Assembly: GCA_965285935.1 (NCBI GenBank)
Contig: OZ260662.1
Span: 36,766,001 to 36,830,000 of the forward strand
DNA from: Ophelia neglecta
Lineage: Eukaryota
DNA length: 64,000 nt
Direction of reading: 5' to 3'
The first letter of the stretch is position 1. The number at the start of each line of letters is the position of its first letter. Below the pieces are notes generated by a model. It was not told where the DNA came from, searched no databases, and was given only the letters and a program-made list of their open reading frames with translations. The position numbers and the translations under genes are program-made. Shown piece by piece: positions 51,698-64,000 of this stretch.

Positions 51698-52450
51698 CAG
51701 CAGAAACTCGTCACATAAAGAATAGCAAAAATAAATAAAAATCCCAAACTCGGTTTGGATGCAGAAATCACAAATCAATTTGCAGCTGACGTCACTTCCT
51801 ACGAGATTGGCCGGTACAGGCTGTGACCTGTTTATGGGTGCCTACCTATATATAGATGCGGGAAATCCCGTGTTATTACAACAGCGCTAAATTGAAACAA
51901 GGGATCCAATCTGCCGAAGTCGTCATCTTGTCATGATCAAGGCTTTGAGCAGAGATCTCCAGTGGAGAGTGATATACCAATTTCACATTCATGGAAATTC
52001 TCCTAAATATTTCGCGGAAAATTTATTCATATCGCTCTCCAATGTTTACAAACTGATACGGCAGTACCAACGCACCGGCGATGTTCAGGCTGGGAAATCC
52101 GGAGGCAGGCAGCACACTCCTGACCAGCGCTTGACCTCTGACGTCACAAAACGCGGTAAGGTTCGAATATGGTAATATTGTGTTATGCCAGTACGGGAAA
52201 TTAAATAACCTAAAGTCGCACACCGCGAGAAATAAAGAAAAACGAAACCTATCATGTATTTCATAGCCAAAGAACATACCTTCCTTACTAGTTAGCGTTA
52301 CAATGTACGCACTACGAGAGTACTGGGGAAGCCGGCCACTTCCAATCTGATAGGAAGTGACGTCAGCTGCAAATTGAATTGTGATTTCTGCATCCAAACC
52401 GATTTGAGGATGTTTTTTTTTGCTTTTCTTTTTGTGACGAGTTTCTGCTG
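51698..52450 (+). mobile_element. Internally deleted Tc1/IS630-type DNA transposon (753 bp) retaining an 80-aa N-terminal HTH ORF
   Basis: TA|CAGCAGAAACTCGTCACA ... TGTGACGAGTTTCTGCTG|TA, with imperfect inverted arms of about 110 bp. Internal ORF 51933-52175 (MIKALSRDLQWRVI..G.S..FAENLFISLSNVYKLIRQYQRTGDV..GGR) resembles a paired-like transposase DNA-binding domain; no DDE domain. Confidence 0.85.
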
Positions 52451-54550
52451 TAAAACAATCAGATTGGTATTCATTTCTGTAGTTGAAAATCGCAGACAAA
52501 GATTGTAGAGTAGGCCATTGACCCTGGAGCCCGCGGGCCACCCGCGCGACCGTTAGCCGCCGTTGTCAACTGCGCAATATAGGTCAGGAAAATTAAACTT
52601 TCAGTCGTTTTAAATTTGCCTTTGCTATGGATAAAGCATATACCAAAAGAAAGCCAATATATTAAAGCCTAACTCTATAACGTCCAGCCTTCTTGCCATG
52701 TCTGCTTGTGAAGTTTACAAGTTTTTCAACGGTATACAGTGGAAGATAGAACTTTTAAACTTTTAAACATTTTTATACTTCCTCAGTCTTTTCAAATAAA
52801 GAGACTCTGGTTTTTTCCTGCAAAACGGATAGACATTGCATACCCTTAAGACTTTTGTACAGTGTAGGCCTTCTGTTGTTTCTATAAATGCAAATCTGTT
52901 CTGATGACATTCACAAGCGTATGCAACTTTAATGTATCGTTCATTTATTGTTCACCTGAATGACATGAATGTGCGATACTGCGTCGACATACAAGGAAGG
53001 CAAGAGCATAAAACCTCCTAGTCAGTCGCTATAACGATCCTTCCCAGTTAAATATAAATTGATAGAACAACTCATATTCATGTTTGTGTCAGAATGCTAT
53101 TATATGCATATATATTTGAATATAATTCTTTTTATTCGATATTTAATCATGATTTCCGACTTGGCTACATTAATGTATCATTAATACAGGTATTTGTAGT
53201 TTATTTGCAACTTTTATCTGGCACTGTTATCGAAATGTGCACCTAATGGACACAGGATCCATATGATTTCAGAAGATCGATAATAACCGACAAAAGAATC
53301 AACTGTGCCTTCTTCCATAATTATTTATGAACATAGATATTACCATGGCTATCTATAGTGCTTAGAGTGGTTCAGAGAATATGACTTATTTCGAAGGACA
53401 CATCTCTCCACCAATGTGGCTGAAAATCTCTCGAACGTGAAAGTCTCGTCCAAAAACTGTGGCGAGGAATGCCATATATGGACTTGTTTTGCTTGCACTT
53501 CTCCTGTAATATTCTGTACTTTCATCGCGATTTTCACCTGCTTTGGCGGTCAATTTGTTCACACAACTAAAGAACAAGTATTTCAGTTCTGTGTTTTGAT
53601 GACTCTTGTTCTCTAATCTCATTTCATTTGCAAATCAAATCGCCGCAAACCATCTACATATTTGCACGAGGAGTTGACCCACGTTTTTTTGCTTTGTTTA
53701 TATATGGAAAATTAATTTAACTAATAGTTAATCCTTTTTTCTATAGGATACTGCGTGTCATCTTCATTTTATAGATCACATCCACAAGAGGATTTAACCT
53801 GTAGTTGAAAAAGGTTACTGAAGGGTTAAGGAAGTCGAGCATCAGGCTCTACCTCCGCTGTCGAGTGAAACGTCACACCTCAGCAGACAGCAAACTGGAA
53901 TTGTAAAAGTTACTCGTGAAGCCCATATCTGATATATTGTTGTCCCGTGTGATCCTTTAAGCTTTACACATATTCAGAGATATCAAAGTAGTCTAGTGTT
54001 AATGTAAAGACGGGCCCTAGGTTTATTGATCCCAATCAACTTACTCGGAGGAACTGACTCGAACTGATCACTCTACCCTTCTACCTGCTGTATTATCTTA
54101 GGCCGTAGATAAGTAAAACCGTAGATGAGTAAAATTCATAGATAATAAACGTGGGATTAGTAAATTTAAATAAATCAAAACAACTAAACGTTATTGTAAA
54201 CATTTTTGTTCTTAATAAAAGAAAGAGCCGTAGTGGCAGGGCTATTCTTGACGGAAAAGAAAAGCAACCCAGGCCTGCAATTCTTTAACAACAACTTGCT
54301 CCCCCAAACCACTCGATAAGTCTTATAATCCTAGAAACCCTGCCAAGTGCGCAGTCCCAAAACCAAGAACTAGATATAATTACAGTTTCGCCAGGCTACC
54401 GACACTGGTTCATGTATTCAAGATTAAATACCATGGATCTTATGATTAAAGATGACTTTGAAAGACTATCTTTTTATGCATCCCCAGTGTCTCCGGGCTT
54501 TGCAGTTTATACGCTCTTGACTCCCCGTGAGTTCCAGCTTGTCTGTACTG

Positions 54551-57500
54551 TTAGTTAAATACACTGTTGGGTTTGTTGATGTCTTGCTCACCGACATGGA
54601 TGCCGTACGGTCTCAGATGATAGATGTAGAACTCCAGACTGTACATCTGCTTAGGAAGGACATAATGGAACGATATGGCATAATCACTGATATTGTCTGG
54701 ACCCTGTGAATGTAGAAAAACGGAACAATTCATAGCAGGGTAGCAGTTCATGAATTAATGCATACTCGAAAGACGTTTACATTTATCTGTAAAAGTATAT
54801 TGATAANNNNNNNNNNNNNNNNNNNNNNNNNNNNNNNNNNNNNNNNNNNNNNNNNNNNNNNNNNNNNNNNNNNNNNNNNNNNNNNNNNNNNNNNNNNNNN
54901 NNNNNNNNNNNNNNNNNNNNNNNNNNNNNNNNNNNNGACTTTAACGCTAGGGCACATTTGTGTAGTTACCTTCAGAGCGCTGAATTTATCGTACTGGTAA
55001 TACCAGGCTGGGTACGCCCCGTGAATATGATTTTCGGGACTAAAGCAGTGAAAACGAGATCTCCCCAAACTGTCCCTCGAGTCTCCTGGTTTCACCCCTA
55101 ACCTCTCCATGCAACGTCCAAATTGCACATCTTCTGCCCCAAAATCCTCTGGGCATTGACCGGCTTTTCGCCTGGCAAACCTGCGCAGCGCTTCTTTGCT
55201 GATGACATAACCACCCCCACCACTGTGGTATCCCTGTTTGACCAATGGCTTGAAGTGTTGACCATAATAAACTGGCAAGTCAGGCGACAGATCGGACAGT
55301 AAATAACGGAGATTCTCCGCTATGACGTACGTATCGTCGTCTGCTTTCATAAACCAATCAGCATCAGCCAAGTGATATTTGTGCACATAATCAAAAGCCG
55401 CCATTGTCTTTTGTGTGAGGTGCTCTCTGCCATGCTTTACTTTAATTGCTATTGTAGGAAATGTTTTGTCTTCGCTATCACTAACAAACAGAACCTTGTT
55501 GAATCTCTTAGCCCATGTGGCTTTTACATGTTTGGCTTTTTTCTGTAGATTCTGTGGGGAAGTCATTACCCATACAAGTATACGGGTTTTATTGTACAAC
55601 TTTCGTGCCAAGGTATCGTCATCTGCAAAAAAAAGTTCAAAAACAACTTTGAACATTTAACAGGAAAATAAACAATGAATTTCTCTGATGGCATAATTTA
55701 ATCAAATCAAATATATGAAAATAAATTAAGTTTTTATCATCATAATAATTATAGTATATATGACCAAGTCTACTAGGATGTCTAAATATTCAGCAAATTT
55801 TAATAGATAACATTTTTTTGCGATGATATACTGCACACGGACCTATTTAATGGGATATGCTTTGCTAATATTTAAGACCATTTTCTAATTTTCAGTAGTA
55901 ATCAAAATTCAAAAGTTACCAGTATTCCTAACATAATTAGACCCAGAAAGCACATGAGCGAAATATTAGTCCTTTTTTGAAAATATCTAGACTGTTGACT
56001 TGGCACCAATTCTTGATTGTTACGAAGCTCGACATGCTTTCACTTTTTTCCACTCAATGTTTTATTTTATTTATTGGGATGGTTTCCCTCTTAAAAAAAA
56101 ATAGGTCAATTACCATAATAAAAAAACTTGGTTAACTGCATGGCTGAAAAATTGTATTGAAAGAAGAAAATAAACTGTTTATAAATCAAGGAGGTAACCA
56201 ACATTTTTTAATATGAGTACTTAAAAGAATTACTATCTGTCACAAAAAGAATCCTCAGTGTCGAAGAACGTAATCACTATGCATATTTTTTTTGAGAAAC
56301 ATAAGACTAAATTGCGAAAATCATGGCAAGTTATCAAGGATCGCATTAAAAAGATAAAAATAAAACTTCATCCAATAGTTTTCTAAGTAATGACACCATT
56401 GTGTAATCTAATGATAGGGCATATACTACTATTTGTCGTCATGCTCTCTTTGCCATGTTTTTTTCTGTATTTATTGTAATATACAATGTACTTTTGTCTC
56501 GTATCATGGCAATAAACACTTTAAAAACTACTTAGGGTGTTTGTGTGATGCTCTAGTCGATTATATATATAGAGCCTGCAGCCAATTTTACATAAAGGTA
56601 GTCTATATGTGAGCAACATATGACATTGCTTGTCTGTTATAAGAATTCGTAAATCAGTCTGACAACATCAATTTGTCTTTTGTTCGTCTCATCGATTAGT
56701 AAACGCAGTTTATTTGTTAGCAATATGATTGTCCATGGACAACACCTGACAGTCTAACGCCAGAGTTTATTAAGCGATCGTTATTCCGTTATGCTTTTAG
56801 ATTTTTTTCGATCAGCCAATTGGCTTTTAGCACAAATACAATTAAAGTTATTTAGAATCAGAAACGGTTTACGTCATTAAGATAGAATTCTAAGGTTCAA
56901 GACAAGTATACTGAGGAACATCAATGAAGAGCAAAAAAATTAAATCCATTCGGTCATTTATTGTGACACATATCTTTGACTTTCCATCGTGGGTGAACTC
57001 ACCAATATACATGGTGCATGGAAAGTTGAACAGATATTGATTACGTTTTCACACAAACTGGCAGCTTGAATTGTTATTTCAACATTGGTCTTATATAAAT
57101 TGTATAACTAATAACCTTGCTTATTAACCGATGTAATTGGTTTTGTAGCCGTTTCATTTCCACATGCAAAGGTATCTGCTTATTAAATGGGTCAATGGGT
57201 TGTGGATAAATTTATGAATATTTTCGATATTGTAGAATCGGAGTGATTAAGAATGACAAGCATAAAGCTTAAATACTCATATATATCTGAAGAATAAAAC
57301 TATTACATTGTATTGTGTTTGCGTGCAGGTTTACCTATTATTGAGACTATTTCATTATTTGCCTCCAAATTTGGAGGGAGCTTAGACCATCGTAAACTGT
57401 CAATGAGCATATTTTACCTCTGTCCTACGTTGTCCACTGACTCATATGTTTTTTTTCTGACCGGCATCATGAAAAACTGTTGAGAACTAGCTACATATAG

Positions 57501-57959
57501 CAATTGACATCAAGTTATGTTAACCAATAACAGATGCGGCTATCTAAATAAGGTATAAGCCAAGTTCTGTGCATACCCAGTTTAAAAATAAGTGAAATGT
57601 ACGCCTTAAAAAGTGCACCACACAAACAACAGAATGTTTCCCAAGTATGATTATTTAGCCTTACCATGATGCTGGTTTTTATCGTTGAAGTCTATCAGAG
57701 AATGGCGCCTAGGTTGTTGGTTCTGATCCTGATGACTTAAAATACCCCGCTGAATATCCGGAAACAGTGACTGATAACCTTGTATCCCAGATTCTAGTGA
57801 TGCATTCAGACTAATCGTTCGAGGGTACAATTGACCAGTCGGAGTCAGGTACCAGCCGGTGCTCCATTCATAGAAATTTCTCACAAATGAACTTAACAAA
57901 AGTCCGAAAACCAATCCTAAAAAGAAGTTGACACTGATAATATAAAAAGAGCGTGTCAT
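54551..57959 (-). CDS. C1GALT1: Glycoprotein-N-acetylgalactosamine 3-beta-galactosyltransferase 1-like (core 1 / T-synthase, GT31), ~366 aa
   Basis: Exons 57959-57665, 55622-54970, 54703-54551 (1101 nt, in phase). Type II TM segment [19 protein letters not shown]; [77 protein letters not shown]. May be a paralog rather than the ortholog. Confidence 0.93.
54807..54936. other. Assembly gap (130 N) inside a C1GALT1 intron
   Basis: Run of N between donor 54969 and acceptor 54704. Confidence 0.99.
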
Positions 57960-59385
57960 TATGGTAACTGTTTAATAACGGTATCCAGTGATTCCATGCA
58001 TGAAATCCGGGAATTTTCACTCTACTCAACTATTTGAGGCTGATCTCTGTATAAAAGTATGGCTTTTCAAAAGACCATACGTCATGATATTTGGAACAAT
58101 AGGCATCAATATTACTTTTTTGTCAACATTCTGTTGTCTAACGATGTCCCATTTATAATAGCATACATCTAGTGTGTTTGGTGAACACTAAAAGACGAAA
58201 TCCGGTGACTGATGTCAATTGATGACAACGGTGAAAACTTTCATCTAATTGTCAACTCTGTAAGGCCCTAATGCCAGGATAAGTCGATCAGAGAGCACTT
58301 TCTAACAAAGAAAAATAAGCTGCAATTGACGATGGAATTAATCATGCATATTTGCCCTTCCTGTAGTTAGATTCGAATGGCTACCCAATACTGCGCGCTC
58401 AACCTGCTCCTCGTTATCGTCTGCGCAGCAAATGACACGCATCGGGTCAATATCGGGGCATGCGGATAGCGATCGATGGAATTAAATATTCATTGTTTTC
58501 ATGTGTTAACATAGATGTAAACGAGCATACTGTGTATATTTTGTCTGGTCACCTTTGTCCTAATTCCCCGTTGTCACATTAGTCATAAAAAATCCAAATA
58601 TTATGACCCGCGAATCACCGCCTCTGGCAAGAATATATTTAGAGCTTTATTGCCTCAACTTTCTGCAGAATACATTAGTAACGTTGTGAAACATGTATGA
58701 CAGTATTCAAATAGGCAATTATATCATATGGAAACAAGAGAAAATACTGAATGGTAACATGAGGCATTCAATTAATGTCATCTTAATTAAATAGTGCTGC
58801 TTTCAAATGTATACCCAACGTTACTGTTACAAATATTACAATACAGTTTTACGACTTTAGCATTAGGTAATATTCAATGACAAAATATTTCGTCGCACGA
58901 AATTTGTTCTTCGAATTGTGGAGTGCGACTATTCGTCTACGAAATTTAGTGTAAGCTTAGTACGATTATTCGCTAATAAAATGATTTTTCGACGAAATGG
59001 ACCACTTTGATTGAAATTAAAATTCAATTCAATTAATTTAAATCTGTAGTTAAAATTTATGTCATAAAGGAGTCCACTACCATGTGCCCATTTCAACCTG
59101 GGGTTGTCAACACATGGAGAAGGTAAAGGGTAATATGCCGTTATTTCACAGCAACCAGTTAGACCAATATCTCTTTCAGATGTCGGTTGTATGCTTGCAC
59201 ACATTTAAATACCAATACAATCAGCAGGTCAGGTTCAAATTGAACAATCTGTCGGTTCATTGTTCACAAATCAGTTGTTTTGTGTGTACCAATATGCATC
59301 CCCGTTGCTCATTAGGTGCCCAAGTACTGGTCTTTTAGACAGCGGCGGCGCAGGTTATTCCATTCCGGGAGCGTCTCGAAAGTTA

Positions 59386-60250
59386 GGGGGCCATGTCATC
59401 TGTCCGACACCCAATTTATCCGACAGCCCATTTGTCCGACAGCCAGCTCAATTGTCCAACATCATATTTGTCCGACTATATCCATATATCTGTCAACCCT
59501 ATCTCCGTGTTCTCCGAAAGCCAATTTCGCTGGGAGTCCTTCACTGCGACAGTCCATTCATCCGGAGACCTTTTTTTTTCGAAAACATTCATTCATTGAG
59601 CTACAGTTCCGTAAATAACAGTGACATTTAATCCCACGAAATAAAAAAAACACTGCTGACTAGGTATGGAAGGGTATCTGGCGAGAGTTTTTCGCGCAGC
59701 AGACTCTGTGTTTAGCTCCTTTAACATCTCTAATACAAATAAAAATTTATGAATATGCAACCATTTGCAATAATTAATTAATTGTGAAGTTGAACATTTT
59801 TTCATGCCTATAACTTGTGCATTTGCTTTTTGACAGGCAAAAGCCTGCAGTTTGAAAATGATTAACCAGATACATCCATTTTCGTGTGGGTTGTGGTATT
59901 TATATAATGAAAGGAAGGGGTGGGTGGTGAATATGTTGTGTTCATATCATTTCATTACCATTTCTTGTGGACTAAAATTCTTGTTGCTCGGTATCAAAAA
60001 AATTGGCCAGGGTTAATTATGTTTGATATCTCTTTAGGAGGCATTCTAAAACATTCGGTGGCGGAACAAGGCACGAGGGGTCTGAAGAGAAATTATCTTT
60101 GCACAAGTTGCTCCAGGGGGAACTTTTGTTATATATTTTACCTGGTTTTACTGGCGTATAGAATACATGTACGGGCAATCGTATTTTCAATATGTTGTCA
60201 GACAGACTGTTCTGCGAACAAATGTGTTGCCGGACAAATGTTCGGCCCCC
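59386..60250. mobile_element. Putative non-autonomous DNA transposon with subterminal TGTCCGAC-type repeats
   Basis: GGGGGCC...GGCCCCC termini; clustered TGTCCGAC/TATCCGAC repeats at 59400-59480 mirrored by degenerate GTCAGACA/GCCGGACAAATG at 60195-60240. TSD not clean. Confidence 0.45.
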
Positions 60251-61840
60251 AAAAGGGAGTAAAGAGTTAACGTAAGGTCGCAGGCCTACCTGAACTGTAA
60301 TTTATGATCGAGTTGCCAAAATGAATGTTGTCGACGATAAGTCCCGTAGACAGCAACTAGCGTCGACGAAATGTCGTGTCGATGGACAGTCTGTGTCCAA
60401 GGTCGGCGCAATATAGATGGAATATACCAGACATGCAGGTATAGCCTATGGGTACAAATAGTAGAAATAACCAAGTCTGCAAATATAAGCTGTTATTACT
60501 ATATATAACCACAGTTTCGAAAACAAATTAGGGCCGTCCTTTGACATGATGGTGCCGTGACTGCCTCATACCAACCAGCAACGTCTTTTTGTGGCAATAA
60601 ACACGTTTTCATTAAAACCGTTGATGTTTCTCGTTAACATAGCCATTCTTGATGATTCAAACAATACATTATAGAATTAAGATTTGCGGGTCTAATGCCT
60701 TTTTGATCGAGACACTTGCAAATTAGCAGTATATCCAGTTTGGCCTTAATAACTTTAAGAATTTGCGTAATCTGGAATATTGTAATTCGATACAAATTCG
60801 ATACTAATCGTTCAGGTAGAGTGACAATGACTGCACCTTCTCCACCCATTCCCTGGGATTGTTTTATCTCGTGCTTCAGATTGCGATGGGTTGATGCGGT
60901 TAACATTTCGAATAATTAACATTTTTTATTGCGAAACTGTTCACAAACATTATTCTGGATATATTGTTAACCTGAATTCCTTGGTGGACTTCACTCGTTC
61001 TATAGTTAGACAGTCCATTTTTGTCCGTGTATCCTTATCACCAAAATAGTTATTTTATCACCTTTTCCCTTTATCACCTGTTATATTTTGAGTATATTGA
61101 CACATAATACCAGATCAATCATATATATTGTGTAATGTCACATATCTAAAAGGCCCTTACTGGGTCTATTGCCTTAAATTAAGGTACTTCATCCCGAAGA
61201 CCTTTTTTGTTTACATCGTTTATCGCGCTCCTCATTGCATTATAGGCTAACTAATTAATGCGTCATGTGAAATTTATTCTTTTAACATGTCATGGCTGAC
61301 TCTAATACCCTATTGTTTTTTGATCGTGCACATTGATATCGCACTCTGGCCCTAATGAAAAAGGTTGATCTAATTCAGCGATACTTCTTGTGAACAAGGA
61401 TGTGACTTTTCACCAAAAGGAGGTTTTCGTTTATTAAGTCTGTGTTTGTTTAACCTATAGCTTGTACATGTATATGAAAGCCCGTGAGAGAAGAACACAG
61501 GTACCTTTATAGTTATATCCTAACATAAAGCGGCACTGAAGACATTCGTAACCTGACTTTCTAGGTGAGCTTCACTCTTTCTCTAGTTAGACTGTCCATA
61601 TGTTTGTCCGTGTATCCTTACGCCAGGCACATCACAGTACCAACCACTGTCAATAGTGTAAAGTATATATATGGGGGATGATACTTGTCTATGATTTAAT
61701 CAATTCATTACATCCCCGGGGCTATGTAAATTAGTGATTCATACATGATACCGTGTACTTGATTAAAGTACACAGGGAATACTGGCAATGTAAACTGTGC
61801 ATAGTTTACGTAGCACTCAGCGATCACACGGAAATAAATA

Positions 61841-62240
61841 GGACTGTGTGAACGTTTTATTGTGTCTATGAGTTGAAACAGTATTCTCCGACAATTTAGG
61901 TAAGGTCTATAACTATGAAATAAATAGTACTGTGTGAACGTTTTATTGTGTCTATGAGTTGAAACAGTATTCTCCGACAATGTGTCTATGAGTTGAAACA
62001 GTATTCTCCGACAATTTAGGTAAGGTCTATAACTATGAAATAAATAGTACTGTGTGAACGTTTTATTGTGTCTATGAGTTGAAACAGTATTCTCCGACAA
62101 TGTGTCTATGAGTTGAAACAGTATTCTCCGACAATTTAGGTAAGATCTATAACTATGAAATAAATAGTACTGTGTGAACGTTTTATTGTGTCTATGAGTT
62201 GAAACAGTATTCTCCGACAATTTAGGTAAGATCTATAATT
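61841..62240. repeat. 120-bp tandem repeat built from 86+34-bp subunits
   Basis: TGTGTCTATGAGTTGAAACAGTATTCTCCGACAA at 61861, 61947, 61981, 62067, 62101 and 62187. Confidence 0.93.
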
Positions 62241-63028
62241 ATAAATTCTGACCTTAATTGGGAAGAGGAATGCATTTTACTATAGTAGACTTTGTACGTA
62301 GGTGTAAAGGCTTTATCATTGATAGAAATAACAAGTAAGTGCTAGTTGAGTCTGGCCTAAGACTCCCGGTTGTTTTCATAGATGATCATTTTAATGTTCC
62401 TTTACAATCCAGATTTACCAAAAAAGACCTAAAATACTGGTGTCCCGAAAACACATTCAGAAGGAGGTGTGAACCCTTGATGGGGCATAATGTATTTAGG
62501 AATTTTCGCCATAATAACTATAAAGAGTGAATATGAACTAATTACTAAACAGAAAATCGCAATTAAAATTGTATGCCCTCAGGTATATTTTATTCATAAG
62601 GAATCTTTCATGACCGCTCGAACCTCATTAACATCATCACGTAGTTTATGCCTTGAACCTTCGCCTATGTAGTTCTAGCAACGCGTAGGAAGTCTACCAA
62701 AGTGCTTTCATTCTTCCGTGGGGAACATCTCAGGGATGTCGGTTTACCATTCTTTACCACTTTCCTTTTAGGATCAACAGTTGAGACCTGTGATTTATTA
62801 CGTTGTTGTGATCTTCAAATATGTGAGAATGGTCGGTTGAAGAATTTCACAGCATTGATTTTGTAACCACTTCACACAAACATTGCCCGGAGACGCCCCT
62901 TGAAATTTACATGAGCATATATGCGTGTTTGCAGTAATCATACATAAACTCAAGGAAAATAACTGATTTGACTGAACAGGATTTAAGCACACAAAGAACA
63001 TCACTGCTAAGACATATTATTTAACAAA

Positions 63029-64000
63029 ATGACGGAGAAAATGAATGGCAAAGGAGACATCACTACAGCCAGCACATTGCAAGATGGAAAGCCTGTTGAG
63101 AAATGGACAGAGCTTGAAATTAAGAAGGAATCAAAACGGATATGGAAGAATATATTTCTTATTAGCATAGGCTTTCTGATGGTGTTTAATGCGTTTCAGG
63201 GTTTAGCACGTCTTCAAAGCAGCCTTCATCGCGTCGAAGGCATGGGTGTTATCACACAAAGTGTGCTTTACGCTACTTTGGTCATTTCCTGTTTGTTCAT
63301 TCCCAAAATTCTTATCTCTCTGATTGGCCACAAATGGACCATCCCACTGTCGTTTATGGGATATATCCTGTGGATGGCAGCCAATGGCTACGCAGTCTGG
63401 GGTACCATGATCACAGCTAGTATCATCGTAGGCCTTGCGGCGGCGCCACTGTGGACAGCCCAATGCTCGTACTTTACCAAAATCGCAGTCCGATACGCTC
63501 AGCTGAAAGGCGAGAAAGAGCAAGACGTCATCACGAAGTTCTTTGGAATCTTCTTCATGTTCTTCCAGATGTGTAAGTAACGGTTAAAATGGATTAAAAC
63601 ACTTCGTATTAGCCAAGTTATCAGGCTTAATTATTCAACAATGCATTCAAGTCAATGTCCAGCTAGCATCATTTATTTTGTTGATTCACCAATCTTTCTA
63701 CCAAACCAAACCTGGTATCATGAATAAGTGTATATTAACTTAAAAACAGTTCGTGAAATAAAATATAAGGATAGAGTTTGTATAAAGATAGATTATAAAA
63801 GTATGGATTTTATCCGACCTTTTTTATGTTTCCATCTAGCGACCATCATTGGTTCCATTATTTCTTTCACTGTGCTGCGACCGGTGGAGAAGAATGGTAC
63901 ATCCAGCCCCGAATTCACCATCGATGAGGTCCACCTATACTGCGGGGTTAATGACTGCCCGAACAATAACATCACTAACCCTAATCTGGAAAAACCTGAT
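63029..64000 (+). CDS. UNC-93-like (UNC93A-like) MFS-fold membrane protein, 5' part; truncated by window end
   Basis: Exon 63029-63572 (KNIFLISIGFLMVFNAFQGLARLQSSL..GHKWTI..GLAAAPLWTAQCSYFT..FFGIFFMFFQ) splices in phase to 63840-64000 (STIIGSIIS..YCGVNDCP), matching UNC-93 family signatures. Confidence 0.92.

Noticed and set aside
52023-52541. 172-aa minus-strand ORF
   Set aside because: It crosses the transposon TIR boundary and has no recognisable motifs.
52518-53829. Possible piggyBac-like non-autonomous element (TTGA|CCC...GGG|TTAA)
   Set aside because: The TSD is imperfect and the terminal repeats match for only a few bases.
54748-54969. C1GALT1 ORF apparently running through the N gap
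   Set aside because: A canonical donor at 54969 and acceptor at 54704 restore the conserved C-terminus, so the gap is intronic.
61708-62220. 170-aa ORF with 40-aa repeats
   Set aside because: A by-product of the 120-bp tandem repeat; no recognisable domain and a non-ATG start.

Overview
AT-rich, intron-containing animal genomic DNA, most likely from a lophotrochozoan invertebrate (inferred from the gene complement; not proven). I assembled five protein-coding genes by hand from GT-AG exons with consistent phases. (1) The 3' part of a tandem-domain receptor-type protein tyrosine phosphatase (+, 2395-9956). (2) A ~1479-aa secreted astacin metalloprotease with an unusual architecture: signal peptide, C-type lectin, prodomain, astacin, TSP1, WSC-like, 14 more TSP1, hydrophobic tail (-, 10953-23186). 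(3) A beta-2-like soluble guanylate cyclase with a complete homodimer-type catalytic site and a C-terminal CaaX-like motif (-, 25497 to about 44121). (4) A core-1 beta-1,3-galactosyltransferase-like gene (-, 54551-57959). (5) The start of an UNC-93-like membrane protein (+, 63029 to window end). Not visible in the ORF track is a frameshifted relic of a Mab-21/cGAS-like receptor (about 33600-35200, -) inside the presumed first intron of the cyclase. The window also contains a ~40-copy 59-bp minisatellite, L2/CR1-type LINE relics, several MITEs with readable target-site duplications, an internally deleted Tc1/IS630-type element and a 130-nt assembly gap. I found no supportable CRISPR, rRNA or tRNA genes.
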